The notes under the pieces: generated by a model
Databases searched by the model: none
Seen by the model: only the letters and a program-made list of their open reading frames with translations
Told to the model about the DNA's origin: nothing
In this document: positions 49,888 through 59,975 of the stretch, piece by piece
Position numbering within the stretch: position 1 is the first letter of the stretch
Layout of the letters: each line of letters opens with the position of its first letter
Made by a program: the position numbers and the translations under genes
Source of the DNA: Candidatus Andersenbacteria bacterium RIFCSPHIGHO2_02_FULL_46_16
GTDB taxonomy: Bacteria; Patescibacteriota; Andersenbacteria; UBA10190
Assembly (NCBI GenBank): GCA_001817065.1
Contig: MHHQ01000025.1
Span: forward strand, 119,777-183,776
Direction: 5' to 3'
Length of the DNA: 64,000 nt

Positions 49888-50850
49888 TTAATTGTTAACG
49901 ATTTGCTGGACTGCCCTCACTATCCCCGCCGCGTCAATACCAAGTCTGGCTGTCAGTTGGGGGTATGTACCCGATTCGCCAAATTGTGTTACTCCGACTC
50001 GCCTCAGTAATGTCGGCTGTTCCTCACCCAGCACTTCCGCCACTGCCGACCCTAAACCGCCATTAATATTATGGTCCTCAACAGTTACCACTCTTTTTGT
50101 CTTCTGCGCCGATTTTATAATCGTTTCTTTATCTAATGGCTTAATGGTATGCACTCCGATTACTTCAGCATTAATGCCGGCTATTTTCAATTGCTCGCGG
50201 GCCGTTAGTGCCATCACCGTACTAGGCCCGGCTGCAACAATAGTAACATCATTGCCTGTCCGATGGATATTCGCCTGCCCTATTTTAAAAACGTCATCCT
50301 TACCAGTAAAGACAGCCGTGGCTTCACGGTATAAACGCAAGTATACCGGACCATCGAGCGTAGCGGCTGCCCTAAACGCCCACTCGGTCTGATTAGCATC
50401 AACCGGATATATAATCGTCATGTTTGGCAACGCCCGCATATAGGCGATGTCTTCTAAAGCATGCGCTGATCCACCATCCAATGCATTAGATACGCCGCCA
50501 TGCGACCCGACCATTACTGCATGCAAATTATTCTGGCAAATTTGCATCCGGATATGATCAAACGCCCTGGTCATAAAGACGGCAAAGGTTCCCGCGACCG
50601 GCACAAATCCTCCCAGTGCTAAACCGGCCGCTATTCCCACCATATTAGCTTCTGCAACACCGATATCAAAAAATCTTTCGGGCATTTCCTCTTGGATTTT
50701 TAGCATCCGCAGACTTTCACCCAAATCAGCCGTTAAAGCCACCACGCTTTTATTTTCCTTCATCACCTCGTAAAGCGTTTCCCCAAACGCTTGTCTAGTA
50801 GCAATAAGCGCATGCTTTATTGGTTGTTTTAGTGGTTTTAAATTTTGCAT
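49888..50850 (-). CDS. Transketolase C-terminal subunit (pyrimidine-binding domain plus C-terminal domain)
   Basis: Split-transketolase architecture with RQAFGE...GVAEANMVGIAAGLA. Confidence 0.8.
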   Translation of the reverse strand: MQNLKPLKQPIKHALIATRQAFGETLYEVMKENKSVVALTADLGESLRMLKIQEEMPERFFDIGVAEANMVGIAAGLALGGFVPVAGTFAVFMTRAFDHIRMQICQNNLHAVMVGSHGGVSNALDGGSAHALEDIAYMRALPNMTIIYPVDANQTEWAFRAAATLDGPVYLRLYREATAVFTGKDDVFKIGQANIHRTGNDVTIVAAGPSTVMALTAREQLKIAGINAEVIGVHTIKPLDKETIIKSAQKTKRVVTVEDHNINGGLGSAVAEVLGEEQPTLLRRVGVTQFGESGTYPQLTARLGIDAAGIVRAVQQIVNN

Positions 50851-50883
50851 TGTTATTTTAAGTGTTTAGTTTTAGCTTTTTCA

Positions 50884-51702
50884 TTAGCTGCCCAACTCTT
50901 CCATCGCCATCTCGTATTGTTCTAGTGTTATTGCTCCGGCGTGCCAATGTTCGCTGTTTTCCATGAACGACACTCCTTTGCCTCGAACGGTGTGTGCAAT
51001 AATCACCGCCGGTTTCTTTATCCGCTGCGCCTTTACTAACGCTTTCCATATTGCCTTCAAATTATGTCCATCAATCTCCTGTACCTGCCACCCAAAAGCC
51101 CGGTACTTGGCGGCTAACGGATCCAATGTTGGCATAACTTTTTTAGTAAAACCATCAATTTGCATCCCGTTCTTATCCACCAGGGCAACCAGATTATCTA
51201 GTTTCTCTTTCGGCGCATACATGACCGCCTCCCATGTTGACCCCTCCTCTTGCTCGCCATCACTCATCATCACATACACCGATCTCTTATCGTTCTTTCT
51301 TAATTTACTTGCCAAAGCTAAACCAAGCCCCACCGACAACCCTTGGCCCAAACTGCCTGACGATATTTCCACCCCAGGTAAAGACCCCCGATGTGGATGC
51401 CCCTGTGCACCAGCGCCTAGTTGCCTCAGCTTCTTCAGCTCTGCTTTCGGAAAATAACCCCGCTCTGCTAAAACAGCGTACAAAGCTGGACAAGCGTGGC
51501 CATTGCTTAATATAAAATAATCTCTGTTTTCCATATCTGATTTTACCGGATCGTGCCTCAGTAAGCCGCTAAAAAATAATGTGACTAACAAATCCATGCC
51601 AGACAAAGAGCTACCCGGATGCCCAGACTGCGCTGCATACAACATTTCAATTACCTGCTTCCGCAGCCCTCGAGCCTTTTCTTCTAAATGTTTAACGTCC
51701 AT
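50884..51702 (-). CDS. Transketolase N-terminal subunit (TPP-binding)
   Basis: SGHPGSSLS...GSLGQGLS..GLALA...MSDGEQEEG. Confidence 0.8.
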   Translation of the reverse strand: MDVKHLEEKARGLRKQVIEMLYAAQSGHPGSSLSGMDLLVTLFFSGLLRHDPVKSDMENRDYFILSNGHACPALYAVLAERGYFPKAELKKLRQLGAGAQGHPHRGSLPGVEISSGSLGQGLSVGLGLALASKLRKNDKRSVYVMMSDGEQEEGSTWEAVMYAPKEKLDNLVALVDKNGMQIDGFTKKVMPTLDPLAAKYRAFGWQVQEIDGHNLKAIWKALVKAQRIKKPAVIIAHTVRGKGVSFMENSEHWHAGAITLEQYEMAMEELGS

Positions 51703-51807
51703 ATGTAAACATTATACTTTATCAACCATCCTACTATGAACATTTGCTTTTTCAAGGTCACACCACCACGCCTGGCCCTCTCCCCCCAAATATCCCCAAT
51801 CAATTAA

Positions 51808-52263
51808 TCATCTTGGCTTTACCGTCCAGTCAAAACTAATATTTGCATCATCATGCGCCAATCTAAACTCATCCTGCGGATCGTAAACCCGTGTCGTGGC
51901 ATACACTAGCCAAGCCGGCTCGTTGCCCAATACTTTATAACCATGCACCACTCCGTGCGGTATAAATAAAGTAACCGGCTTATGTTCTCCCATGGTTATT
52001 ACTTGCGTTATACCTTTAGTTGTTGCCGCCGCTCGCTGATCAAACAACACCGCCTGAATCATCCCTTTCATACAATACCATAAATCGTCCTGCTTTTCGT
52101 GGTAGTGGAAAGCCTTTATAACTCCCGGATAACTCATGGTCGTCGATAACTGCGAAACACTCTCTAAAACACTTTCCTTAGTTCGAAAGATTTCTCGAAA
52201 AAAGCCTCTGTCATCAGGCATAGTCTTTATTCCTTCCACCACTACACCTTCAATTTCACCCAT
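51808..52263 (-). CDS. rmlC: dTDP-4-dehydrorhamnose 3,5-epimerase-like protein (RmlC family)
   Basis: PDDRGFFREIF...GVIKAFHYH...MKGMIQAVLFD. The start is moved to MGEIEG. Confidence 0.6.
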   Translation of the reverse strand: MGEIEGVVVEGIKTMPDDRGFFREIFRTKESVLESVSQLSTTMSYPGVIKAFHYHEKQDDLWYCMKGMIQAVLFDQRAAATTKGITQVITMGEHKPVTLFIPHGVVHGYKVLGNEPAWLVYATTRVYDPQDEFRLAHDDANISFDWTVKPR

Positions 52264-52337
52264 TTTAGGAGCCTCCTTCCGTCTCTTTTCCTTGCCCTCT
52301 CTAGTTGTGCTATTTGCCATAATATATTCCTGCTTAC

Positions 52338-52715
52338 TTATTTATCTTGCTGTATTAATAAAAATTCGTCTAGTCGTTGTCTGGCCAGCTCTTTATGATC
52401 TTCTAATGACCATCCCTGCCTATCTCCTTCGCCTGACTCTTCCACTCCCATCATATCTCTAACCACATCTGCCCCCAACTTACTCTCGCCAACTACTCTG
52501 CTTTGCCCCATCTGTTCGTCACTGTCTGCCAAAGAAGCATTGGCCGTTTTCTGCAAAATAAACAAAGCATAAATACCCGCTGCTACTACCACCGCAAATA
52601 CCAATTTTCGCTCTCCCCATCCCAAGGTATAACCAATGCTCCAACCTATCACACTACACACCACCCCCCACAAAACGATTGCTAATATTCGGTATGTTTT
52701 AGCTTTAAATTGCAT
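52338..52715 (-). CDS. Small membrane protein with 2 TM helices (hypothetical)
   Basis: Hydrophobic N-terminal half and an acidic C-terminal tail. Confidence 0.35.
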   Translation of the reverse strand: MQFKAKTYRILAIVLWGVVCSVIGWSIGYTLGWGERKLVFAVVVAAGIYALFILQKTANASLADSDEQMGQSRVVGESKLGADVVRDMMGVEESGEGDRQGWSLEDHKELARQRLDEFLLIQQDK

Positions 52716-52766
52716 ATTGTTTAGCTGCCTAATCTAACCTTATTCTGCGTCTAATGCAATACTTGA

Positions 52767-54632
52767 CTAATTATTATCATTCTTGAGCACTTCTATATAT
52801 ACTTTAGCTGGAATTTTAATGGTTGCCATGCCAGCCATTTTCTTCTTCCCTTTCTTTTGTTTGTCCAGTAGCTTTCTCTTTCTGGTAACATCTCCCCCAT
52901 ACAAATGCCCGGTGACATCCTTACGCATCGCCGATAACGTCTCTCGTGCCACCACGTCGCCACCCACCGCCGCTTGCAGGGGAACAGCAAACTGCTGCTT
53001 CGGTAAAACCTTTTTCAATCTTGCTACCATCCGCCGGCCTGTTCTCGCTGCTGCCTCACGCGGCACAATCACAGATAACGCTTCCACCACATCCTTGTTC
53101 ACCAGCATCTTCAATTTAACCACCTCCGCAACGTGCCAATCCCCCATCTCATAGCTCAGCGAGCCATAACCAGCGGTCACCGACTTCAATTGGTCATACA
53201 GGTCTACGACCAATTCCCTAAGCGGCATAGTATATTTCAGCATTACTCTTTCGGAACCAATATAATCCTGACTAACCAGTTCTCCTTCATTTTGTTTAAA
53301 CAATTCAAACACTGCCCCCATAAATTTCTTGGGCACAATAACTTCCGTCAGCACAAACTGTTCCTCCACTTGTACAATACTTGATCCATCCGGCCACTCC
53401 GCCGGTGTTTGTACCTCCCGGACCGTTCCATCAGATATTTGTACCCGATACAAAACGCTCGGCGTAGTCACCACCAGCTCCACGCCCCACTCACGCTGTA
53501 GTCTCTCCTGCACAATCTCTAAATGCAGCATTCCCAAAAAGCCACAGCGAAAGCCTCGCCCTAACGCCTCACTTTGCTCGGCTTGCACTTGCAAACTGGC
53601 ATCATTTAACTGCAATTCCTCTATCGCCTCCCGTAACTCTGGAAAATTATCTCCGTCCGCCGGATAAATACCGGCAAATAACTTAGGCTGGGGGACATCA
53701 AAACCAGGCAATGCTGTAAGCTTAGCCTTATCTTCTGCTCGTACCACCGTATCGCCTACCCGAGCTTGTCTGACATCTTTCAATCCGGTAGCAATATAAC
53801 CAATGTCTCCGGCCATTAAACTTTCCGCCTTCTGCCACTGCGGTTTCATCACACCTACTTCTACTGCATTATCTTTCATATCCGTTCCCATGAAAGATAT
53901 TTGATCACCACCTTTTATTGATCCCTCCACCACGCGCACATAAGCCACGACGCCCTTATATTCATCATAGATCGAATCAAAAATCAAAGCGCGCAACGGT
54001 TTCTCCTTGTCCTGTTTAGCAACCGGCACACGTTTGACTATTTCTTTAATAACCTTTTCTACCCCCTGGCCTGTCTTCGCCGAGATTGTTAAAATATCAT
54101 CACCCCTGCCGCCAATTAAATCGACGATCTCTTGTTTTACTTCATCAACCTGCGCTGCCGGCAAATCAATCTTATTTATTACCGGTATAATCTCTAAGCC
54201 AGCCTCAACTGCCAGATATAAATTGCTGATTGTTTGTGCCTGCACGCCCTGCGTTGCATCTACCAGCAGCACTGCTCCCTCGACGGCTTGTAAACTGCGC
54301 GACACCTCATACTGAAAATCTACGTGTCCCGGCGTATCAATTAAATTCAATATATGCTCATGATTTCGCGAATCTGCATCCGCCACATTCTCAGCGGGTA
54401 TCATTGGTGTCTCAGTGCTATCCAGCACCTCATCCCAAAGCATTGTTACCGGCTGTAATTTGATGGTAATTCCCTTCTCGCGCTCCAGGTCCATCTGATC
54501 CAGCAGCTGGTCGCGCATTTTTCGCGCTTCCACGGTATGGGTTAATTCCAGCAGCCGGTCTGCCAAGGTAGATTTACCGTGGTCAATATGCGCTACAATG
54601 CAAAAATTATGGATATTTTTCCCTTTCATCAT
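52767..54632 (-). CDS. lepA: Elongation factor 4
   Basis: IHNFCIVAHIDHGKSTLADRLL...ITIK GTPase motifs and the LepA-specific C-terminal domain. Confidence 0.9.
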   Translation of the reverse strand: MMKGKNIHNFCIVAHIDHGKSTLADRLLELTHTVEARKMRDQLLDQMDLEREKGITIKLQPVTMLWDEVLDSTETPMIPAENVADADSRNHEHILNLIDTPGHVDFQYEVSRSLQAVEGAVLLVDATQGVQAQTISNLYLAVEAGLEIIPVINKIDLPAAQVDEVKQEIVDLIGGRGDDILTISAKTGQGVEKVIKEIVKRVPVAKQDKEKPLRALIFDSIYDEYKGVVAYVRVVEGSIKGGDQISFMGTDMKDNAVEVGVMKPQWQKAESLMAGDIGYIATGLKDVRQARVGDTVVRAEDKAKLTALPGFDVPQPKLFAGIYPADGDNFPELREAIEELQLNDASLQVQAEQSEALGRGFRCGFLGMLHLEIVQERLQREWGVELVVTTPSVLYRVQISDGTVREVQTPAEWPDGSSIVQVEEQFVLTEVIVPKKFMGAVFELFKQNEGELVSQDYIGSERVMLKYTMPLRELVVDLYDQLKSVTAGYGSLSYEMGDWHVAEVVKLKMLVNKDVVEALSVIVPREAAARTGRRMVARLKKVLPKQQFAVPLQAAVGGDVVARETLSAMRKDVTGHLYGGDVTRKRKLLDKQKKGKKKMAGMATIKIPAKVYIEVLKNDNN

Positions 54633-54674
54633 GACAGGAACATATCACGGCCTTCCTCTTAAAGCAAAGAAAAA

Positions 54675-54747
54675 GGCCACTTGTGTGAAAAGTATAGATC
54701 AGCCTTAACTAGGCTAACCTTACTGATCTGCTTTTACGCAAGTGGCC
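54675..54747 (-). other. Long nested hairpin in the lepA 5' leader
   Basis: Outer stem ggccacttg...caagtggcc and inner stem agatcag...ctgatct. Confidence 0.3.
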
Positions 54748-55135
54748 ACAAGAACAGCGTCGACAGGAGCTCACTTTATAGCTACGGGGGTACACCAAAG
54801 TATCTCATGTTCGGTTCCTTTTGCTGGGGATTGGGCACGACGCAAGCTGTCTACAAAATCCCAATCATACTCTGGGGTCTCCTATTAACGCTTAAAGAAC
54901 CAGGGACTTCTACAACATTTGAATTTATATCACTCGATATATCTGTCAACTAAACCCAATTTTCTTATTCACTTTTACTTTTCCTCTTTTCTCACTTCTG
55001 TTTTCTAACTTTAGTCCCTGGAATTTAAAATTACCGTCGCGTGTGTCTGTAATGTATGTTGCTGATTTATTATAATTCGGAAAGTTTGTAAAGATTTCTG
55101 TCTTGTTTGTGTTTTTGTGACTATCTGTCTGCCTC

Positions 55136-56758
55136 CTATTCCGCCAATCCTTCCCACCTCGGTGTATCCGTCCCAGCCGGTATTTTTTTCAAAGCCGGTT
55201 TTTGCGGCAAATATTTCCTAAGCACAATGATTTCTTCGCTCTTCAGTAACCAAGTTAACAGTAAATAAACTGCCACTCCGCCACTGCCTGCAACCACTAA
55301 CTGCATCAATACTCCCCAAAACCGTTGCATGTCAACCACCGCTGCCACAGGATATTTCAATACCTGCACCATCATCCCGCCTCCCAAAGCGGCTAAAACA
55401 ATTTTGACTAAGCTTAATATCACCGCTTTGTCATCAAATCCCTTGAGCTGCCAATGCAGCACCCCTAACAGCAGCATTAAGTTCACAATCGCTGACGCTG
55501 AAAATGCTAAAGCTAACCCTTGCACTCCCATTATTGGTGCAAGATACAAAGCCAAACCAATATTTACGACCATACTAATGATCGATATTACCACGGGTGT
55601 CTTAGTATCTTGCTGCACATAAAAAGCTCGCACCAAGAGCGGTATGGTTGCTTGGGCAAAGATGCTTATGACCAGCCACCCGAACGTATCAAAAGTCAAA
55701 ATCGTATCCTCCCAGTCGAACGCACCATCGCCAAATAATACCCGGATAATTTGCGCTCGCAGTAAAAAGAAAAAGAGCGATGTTGGTACCACCAAAAACA
55801 TAATATAGCGAAATATTCTGGTCAATGTTCTGCTAAATTCAGCCTTTTGCCGTCTGGCTATTTGTTCGGCTAGAGTCGGAAAAGCTGCTTGCGCAAAAGA
55901 TATACCAAATATTCCTACCGGTAAATACTGCACATTGTTGGCTAAGTGAAATACCGCTATACTGCCCGCTAACATTGATGACCCAATCACCGTCACAGTC
56001 ACCAAGTTCACTTGCATCGCCGCTAACCCCACAATTCGCGGTAACATCATTCGCCACAATTTATGGAAATCATCCGTCGACCAGCCGACAATAGGTTTCC
56101 AGCGGTATCCCACCTGCCATATACTAGGTAGCTGCACCAGCATATGGGCTGCTGCTCCCAGCACCACGCCCCAAGCAATACCAACAATACCCATTATCGG
56201 CACGAACAGAAACACGCCAATGATGATACCCAGGTTGTATAATATTGGGGCTAGCGCATAAACCACGAAACGTTTATAGGAATTGAGCATGCCTGAAAAA
56301 ACAAAGCTAATGCAAAGTAGCACCGGTTGCAAAGCCATGGCTTTAGACAGCATGATAGTCAGCGCTAATTTTTCCCCGCCGAAACCAGGTGTTATAACCG
56401 GCACAATCTTGTCCGCCAGTAAAAAATATACCCCCGACATAAGACCTACTACTATAACGATCGCATTGAGCACCGAGGTAGCAAAATCAAACGCCTGCTT
56501 CTCACCTTTCTTACCTTGAACCAATTTTTCCGTAAATATTGGTATAAACGCCGCCGATAACGCTCCTAGAACTATCAGATTAAATATTAAATCGGGTACA
56601 CGAAAAGCGGCCACGAATGCATCGAACACATCCCCGGCGCCAAAAGTGGTGGTGAGCACTCTTTCTCTAACTAGTCCAACAAAGCGGCTTAGCAAAGAGG
56701 CCGTCCCTAATATTATGGCTGCCGGGATAACCCGGCCATTCCCAAAATTTTGCGGCAT
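55136..56758 (-). CDS. murJ: Lipid II flippase MurJ (MviN; MOP superfamily)
   Basis: LLSRFVGLVRERVLTTTFGAGDVFDAFVAAFRVPDLIFNL is MurJ-like at the N-terminus, followed by about 14 TM helices. Confidence 0.8.
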   Translation of the reverse strand: MPQNFGNGRVIPAAIILGTASLLSRFVGLVRERVLTTTFGAGDVFDAFVAAFRVPDLIFNLIVLGALSAAFIPIFTEKLVQGKKGEKQAFDFATSVLNAIVIVVGLMSGVYFLLADKIVPVITPGFGGEKLALTIMLSKAMALQPVLLCISFVFSGMLNSYKRFVVYALAPILYNLGIIIGVFLFVPIMGIVGIAWGVVLGAAAHMLVQLPSIWQVGYRWKPIVGWSTDDFHKLWRMMLPRIVGLAAMQVNLVTVTVIGSSMLAGSIAVFHLANNVQYLPVGIFGISFAQAAFPTLAEQIARRQKAEFSRTLTRIFRYIMFLVVPTSLFFFLLRAQIIRVLFGDGAFDWEDTILTFDTFGWLVISIFAQATIPLLVRAFYVQQDTKTPVVISIISMVVNIGLALYLAPIMGVQGLALAFSASAIVNLMLLLGVLHWQLKGFDDKAVILSLVKIVLAALGGGMMVQVLKYPVAAVVDMQRFWGVLMQLVVAGSGGVAVYLLLTWLLKSEEIIVLRKYLPQKPALKKIPAGTDTPRWEGLAE

Positions 56759-56766
56759 AGACGAAT

Positions 56767-57034
56767 CTTAGGCACCGTAAATAAATAACTTGACCAGATC
56801 TCGTTCAATCTGCGTCGAGATACGGCTTTTCCAATTGCCTGCCGGCCGTAGCTTTCTTGACCACCGTAGCTTTAGCGAAGGTGGTAGCGACAGCTGGAGC
56901 GAAATACGAAGCGCAGTACTACGGTAAGTGTTTCGCGATTGCCTGCCGGCCGTAGCCTTGGCGAAGGCTGGAGAAAAAGTCGTAGATTGCATAGTGGGCG
57001 AGAGATGGTTAAGTTATTTATTTACGGTGACTTA
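56767..57034. mobile_element. MITE-like element B copy 2, with an internal partial duplication
   Basis: Terminal inverted repeat ends cttaggcaccgtaaataaataacttgaccagatctcg and cgagagatggttaagttatttatttacggtgacttaa. It abuts murJ, whose start is 8 nt away, and its terminal taa is the stop codon of the 57032..59923 ORF. Confidence 0.75.
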
Positions 57035-59923
57035 ATCTGTCGTTCTGGCAAAAACCATCCCAGTCAGCAAGTCTTTCCTAAGTAACCCACGATAAATCAG
57101 CGTCCGATCGTTATCTTTGGTCACACCGGACTCCGGTACAGTATGAACCATCTGTACGTTTTCTGGTAAATCAATCTGCACCCGAATTGTTGTCCGCATA
57201 TCACCAGGCTGCTTAACCACATATGTATCAAATCTTCCCGCCGGATTTATAATCCCCGGCCACTCTGCTTTATCCGGCAATCGATAGCGATAAAAAGCCA
57301 CGCTCGTTTTACCCGGTTTCGTCACTATCCAATTGGCAAAAAAAGTATAACCTGCTTCTTCTCCTACCACCGTGCCACTCTCGTGGACATATTGGCCTGT
57401 CTGCCAGTCCACCACATCTTCATCTGCTTTAGTATGTTCATAAGTTTCTGGTACTACCATTTGTCTTATATCAGCCGCCGCTGAAAAACCATCCGCTTCC
57501 AGCAACTTTGCCCCCTTGGGCACCAGCACTCGCTGGTAAACAATATTATCCTTTTGTGCCGGATTTTCGTCCTCTGGATAGACAAAGGCAGGTTGCTCAA
57601 CATTACCACGGTGTTCACGTTTTATCATCACGACCGCCTCGGCCGTCCCATCCCCCATAATCTCCAGCCGGTAATCGATTTCCTGTTCAATAAATTGATC
57701 GCTCTTATGTCCCGCAATATTAGCATTATTAACAGCCAGTAGCGCTGGTTGATTAGCCGGCAGGTCGCCTGACCAGCCAATCTCAGTTAATTTTGTCTGC
57801 CAATTATCATTGTTTAGATAAACTAACAACTGCTTTTCTTCAATCATTTTAATAATACCTGCCAATGCTTCCAATGAATTATTGGCATTGCCGGACAGCA
57901 GCCGATTAAGCAATACTGGCGCCAGATCTGCTAAGAATTTCTTAGGCTTATTCAGCTGCTTATCATAGGAGTAACTTACCTGGTCCTGCGTCACCAGCCA
58001 GAAGTTATCATAGTTTACTTCCATGTCATACCCAGGCATTAGAATTGGACCTGTCACTTTCAACAATTCGCGAATGACTTCTGGCGTCATAGCAATCACA
58101 CCATCTACAGTAGGACCGCCTTCTTTTTCAAAAAACTCTATTACTTTGCGCGCGCTAGCCGAAAAATCAACAAACCAATTGGCGTCCCTTAGATACCACC
58201 GATTACTCACCACTTTCAATGGTTGCGGCGGTTCAATATATTCTTTCAACTGGCCGTCTGGATCATAAACACTGTTTATGTCTATGGCCTCTACCGCTCC
58301 CCGATCGATGTGCACTAAGCCAATACTCCCAATAAAACCGCCAGTCGGTCTGATTTCATGATTATTTTGAAACAATAATAAATACTGTTTGTCACTCTCC
58401 GCACCCAGCATTGCTAGGACAACATCACTGCGCTCAATGAAACCGCTCAGTGTTAACCTGATCTTCTTGGTACTATCTGTTATCTTCTCCAATTGAGAAC
58501 GAATTTCCACAGGCACCAATAAACTGTCTACCTTGCTAAGTGATTTCTCGGCTTTGCCTAATGCTTCCTCGGCTAGTGCTAATTCACCTTTTGCTTCAGT
58601 TACTGCTGCCACAAAAGATGCTTCACCTTGTCCGCCTAACAATTGATTGGCAGCTTGTGCAATATACCCTCCGGCTACTGATAATTGCTCCCCAGCTGAG
58701 AGTATCTCCTGCCCTGATCGTACAGTACCCGTTACGTCCGCCCATCGTAATACATTTTGTGACGATGCCATAGCGCCTCCCAGTTCTGCCTGTGCTTCTT
58801 GAATCAATCGAGTCGCATCACTAAATCCTGCCTCGCTGGCAACAAAATCCGTCTCTGCCAACGCTGATGAAGCAGACATTAAGCTACTGTATGCCTCAAC
58901 CACCCTTTCCTGCACATTCCCCATAACCTGCCACCCCCGGCCCAACCCATTTAAATTCCAAATTACTCCATACACTAGTCCGCATCCGACCACCAAAATA
59001 ACTGCATTTACCGCTACTTGCCAATTAAATACTGCGCCTACCCAACTCAATAAATTACGGCCTGTTTGCGCTACCTCAACTGCTCCACGCCGTAAATATC
59101 TGTTCGGTTGCTGAATTAAACCACGCTTTGACCGAACATCATCTGTCGACGATCTCTCGTTCAGCAACTCATCTGTTTTGCCTTGCTTCGGTATCCTGCC
59201 TAACCCAAACCCACTAACCAATTGGCTGCTCCGGTTTACCGGCACCATCATCTGCCTTTCCGTTTCTCTCAACGAATCATACAAACCAGCTGGCCTATTA
59301 GTTGCCAGCGTCACCAATTTGCTGTCCTGATGCCAACTACTTTGCTTAGTATTGCCAAAATTTCTGCTCGACTCACTCTGCTTATTGTCCGCGTCACTTC
59401 CCTTAGGTTTAAACTCATACGGCAAATCCCGCACTGCCGGTAGCAGCTTGTCCTTATTCTCCTGCCCGGCACGATATTTTTTCGATTGCGGTAATCTATT
59501 GCTCTGAATCTTATGGCCATTTTGTTCTGAGACCAACTTTTTGATTGGTTGATGTTTGCCAGACAACCCCATTCTCTTTTCACTCATCCGCTCTCGCTTG
59601 GCTACAGCGCTTATATATGGTGGTGCCGAAACTTGAATTTCTGGCCGAGATCTCATATAAACATCACCAGTATGATGCTCAGCTCCAATATTCCTGCGAT
59701 ATAATAGCGGCCGACGATCGTGCGGTTCTGTTCTTATCGTCCGTCGCTCAAATTCTATCCCTGCCTGGTTATTACGAGCTAATTCACGATTCCTTCTTAA
59801 CTCCTGACCAATCGGCCGTCTTAAGCGAGCCGGCAACCTATACTGCAATCGCAGCACCTGATCACGCGGCGCTGTTTTTTTTGTTTTCCGAATACTGCCA
59901 TCCGACGGCACAATGTCTTGCAT
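57032..59923 (-). CDS. Large membrane protein with an N-terminal basic low-complexity cytoplasmic region of about 300 aa, one TM helix and a DUF4012-like extracytoplasmic domain
   Basis: Motif NHEIRPTGGFIGS is characteristic of DUF4012. TM helix AVNAVILVVGCGLVYGVIW. Confidence 0.55.
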   Translation of the reverse strand: MQDIVPSDGSIRKTKKTAPRDQVLRLQYRLPARLRRPIGQELRRNRELARNNQAGIEFERRTIRTEPHDRRPLLYRRNIGAEHHTGDVYMRSRPEIQVSAPPYISAVAKRERMSEKRMGLSGKHQPIKKLVSEQNGHKIQSNRLPQSKKYRAGQENKDKLLPAVRDLPYEFKPKGSDADNKQSESSRNFGNTKQSSWHQDSKLVTLATNRPAGLYDSLRETERQMMVPVNRSSQLVSGFGLGRIPKQGKTDELLNERSSTDDVRSKRGLIQQPNRYLRRGAVEVAQTGRNLLSWVGAVFNWQVAVNAVILVVGCGLVYGVIWNLNGLGRGWQVMGNVQERVVEAYSSLMSASSALAETDFVASEAGFSDATRLIQEAQAELGGAMASSQNVLRWADVTGTVRSGQEILSAGEQLSVAGGYIAQAANQLLGGQGEASFVAAVTEAKGELALAEEALGKAEKSLSKVDSLLVPVEIRSQLEKITDSTKKIRLTLSGFIERSDVVLAMLGAESDKQYLLLFQNNHEIRPTGGFIGSIGLVHIDRGAVEAIDINSVYDPDGQLKEYIEPPQPLKVVSNRWYLRDANWFVDFSASARKVIEFFEKEGGPTVDGVIAMTPEVIRELLKVTGPILMPGYDMEVNYDNFWLVTQDQVSYSYDKQLNKPKKFLADLAPVLLNRLLSGNANNSLEALAGIIKMIEEKQLLVYLNNDNWQTKLTEIGWSGDLPANQPALLAVNNANIAGHKSDQFIEQEIDYRLEIMGDGTAEAVVMIKREHRGNVEQPAFVYPEDENPAQKDNIVYQRVLVPKGAKLLEADGFSAAADIRQMVVPETYEHTKADEDVVDWQTGQYVHESGTVVGEEAGYTFFANWIVTKPGKTSVAFYRYRLPDKAEWPGIINPAGRFDTYVVKQPGDMRTTIRVQIDLPENVQMVHTVPESGVTKDNDRTLIYRGLLRKDLLTGMVFARTTD

Positions 59924-59975
59924 AAATCAATTTTAACACATCTCTGTTCATTTCTTCATAGACCCAGTCTCTCCT

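Noticed and set aside
54681-54953. 90-aa plus-strand ORF in the lepA upstream region
   Set aside because: No SD is visible and its composition is unlike that of neighbouring genes. It overlaps the hairpin region and is more likely non-coding.
54633-55135. Search for a tRNA or tmRNA in the long intergenic region
   Set aside because: I found no GTTCGANTC T-loop or acceptor/CCA-compatible cloverleaf. gttcggttcc is the closest motif, but it is not flanked by a pairing acceptor stem.
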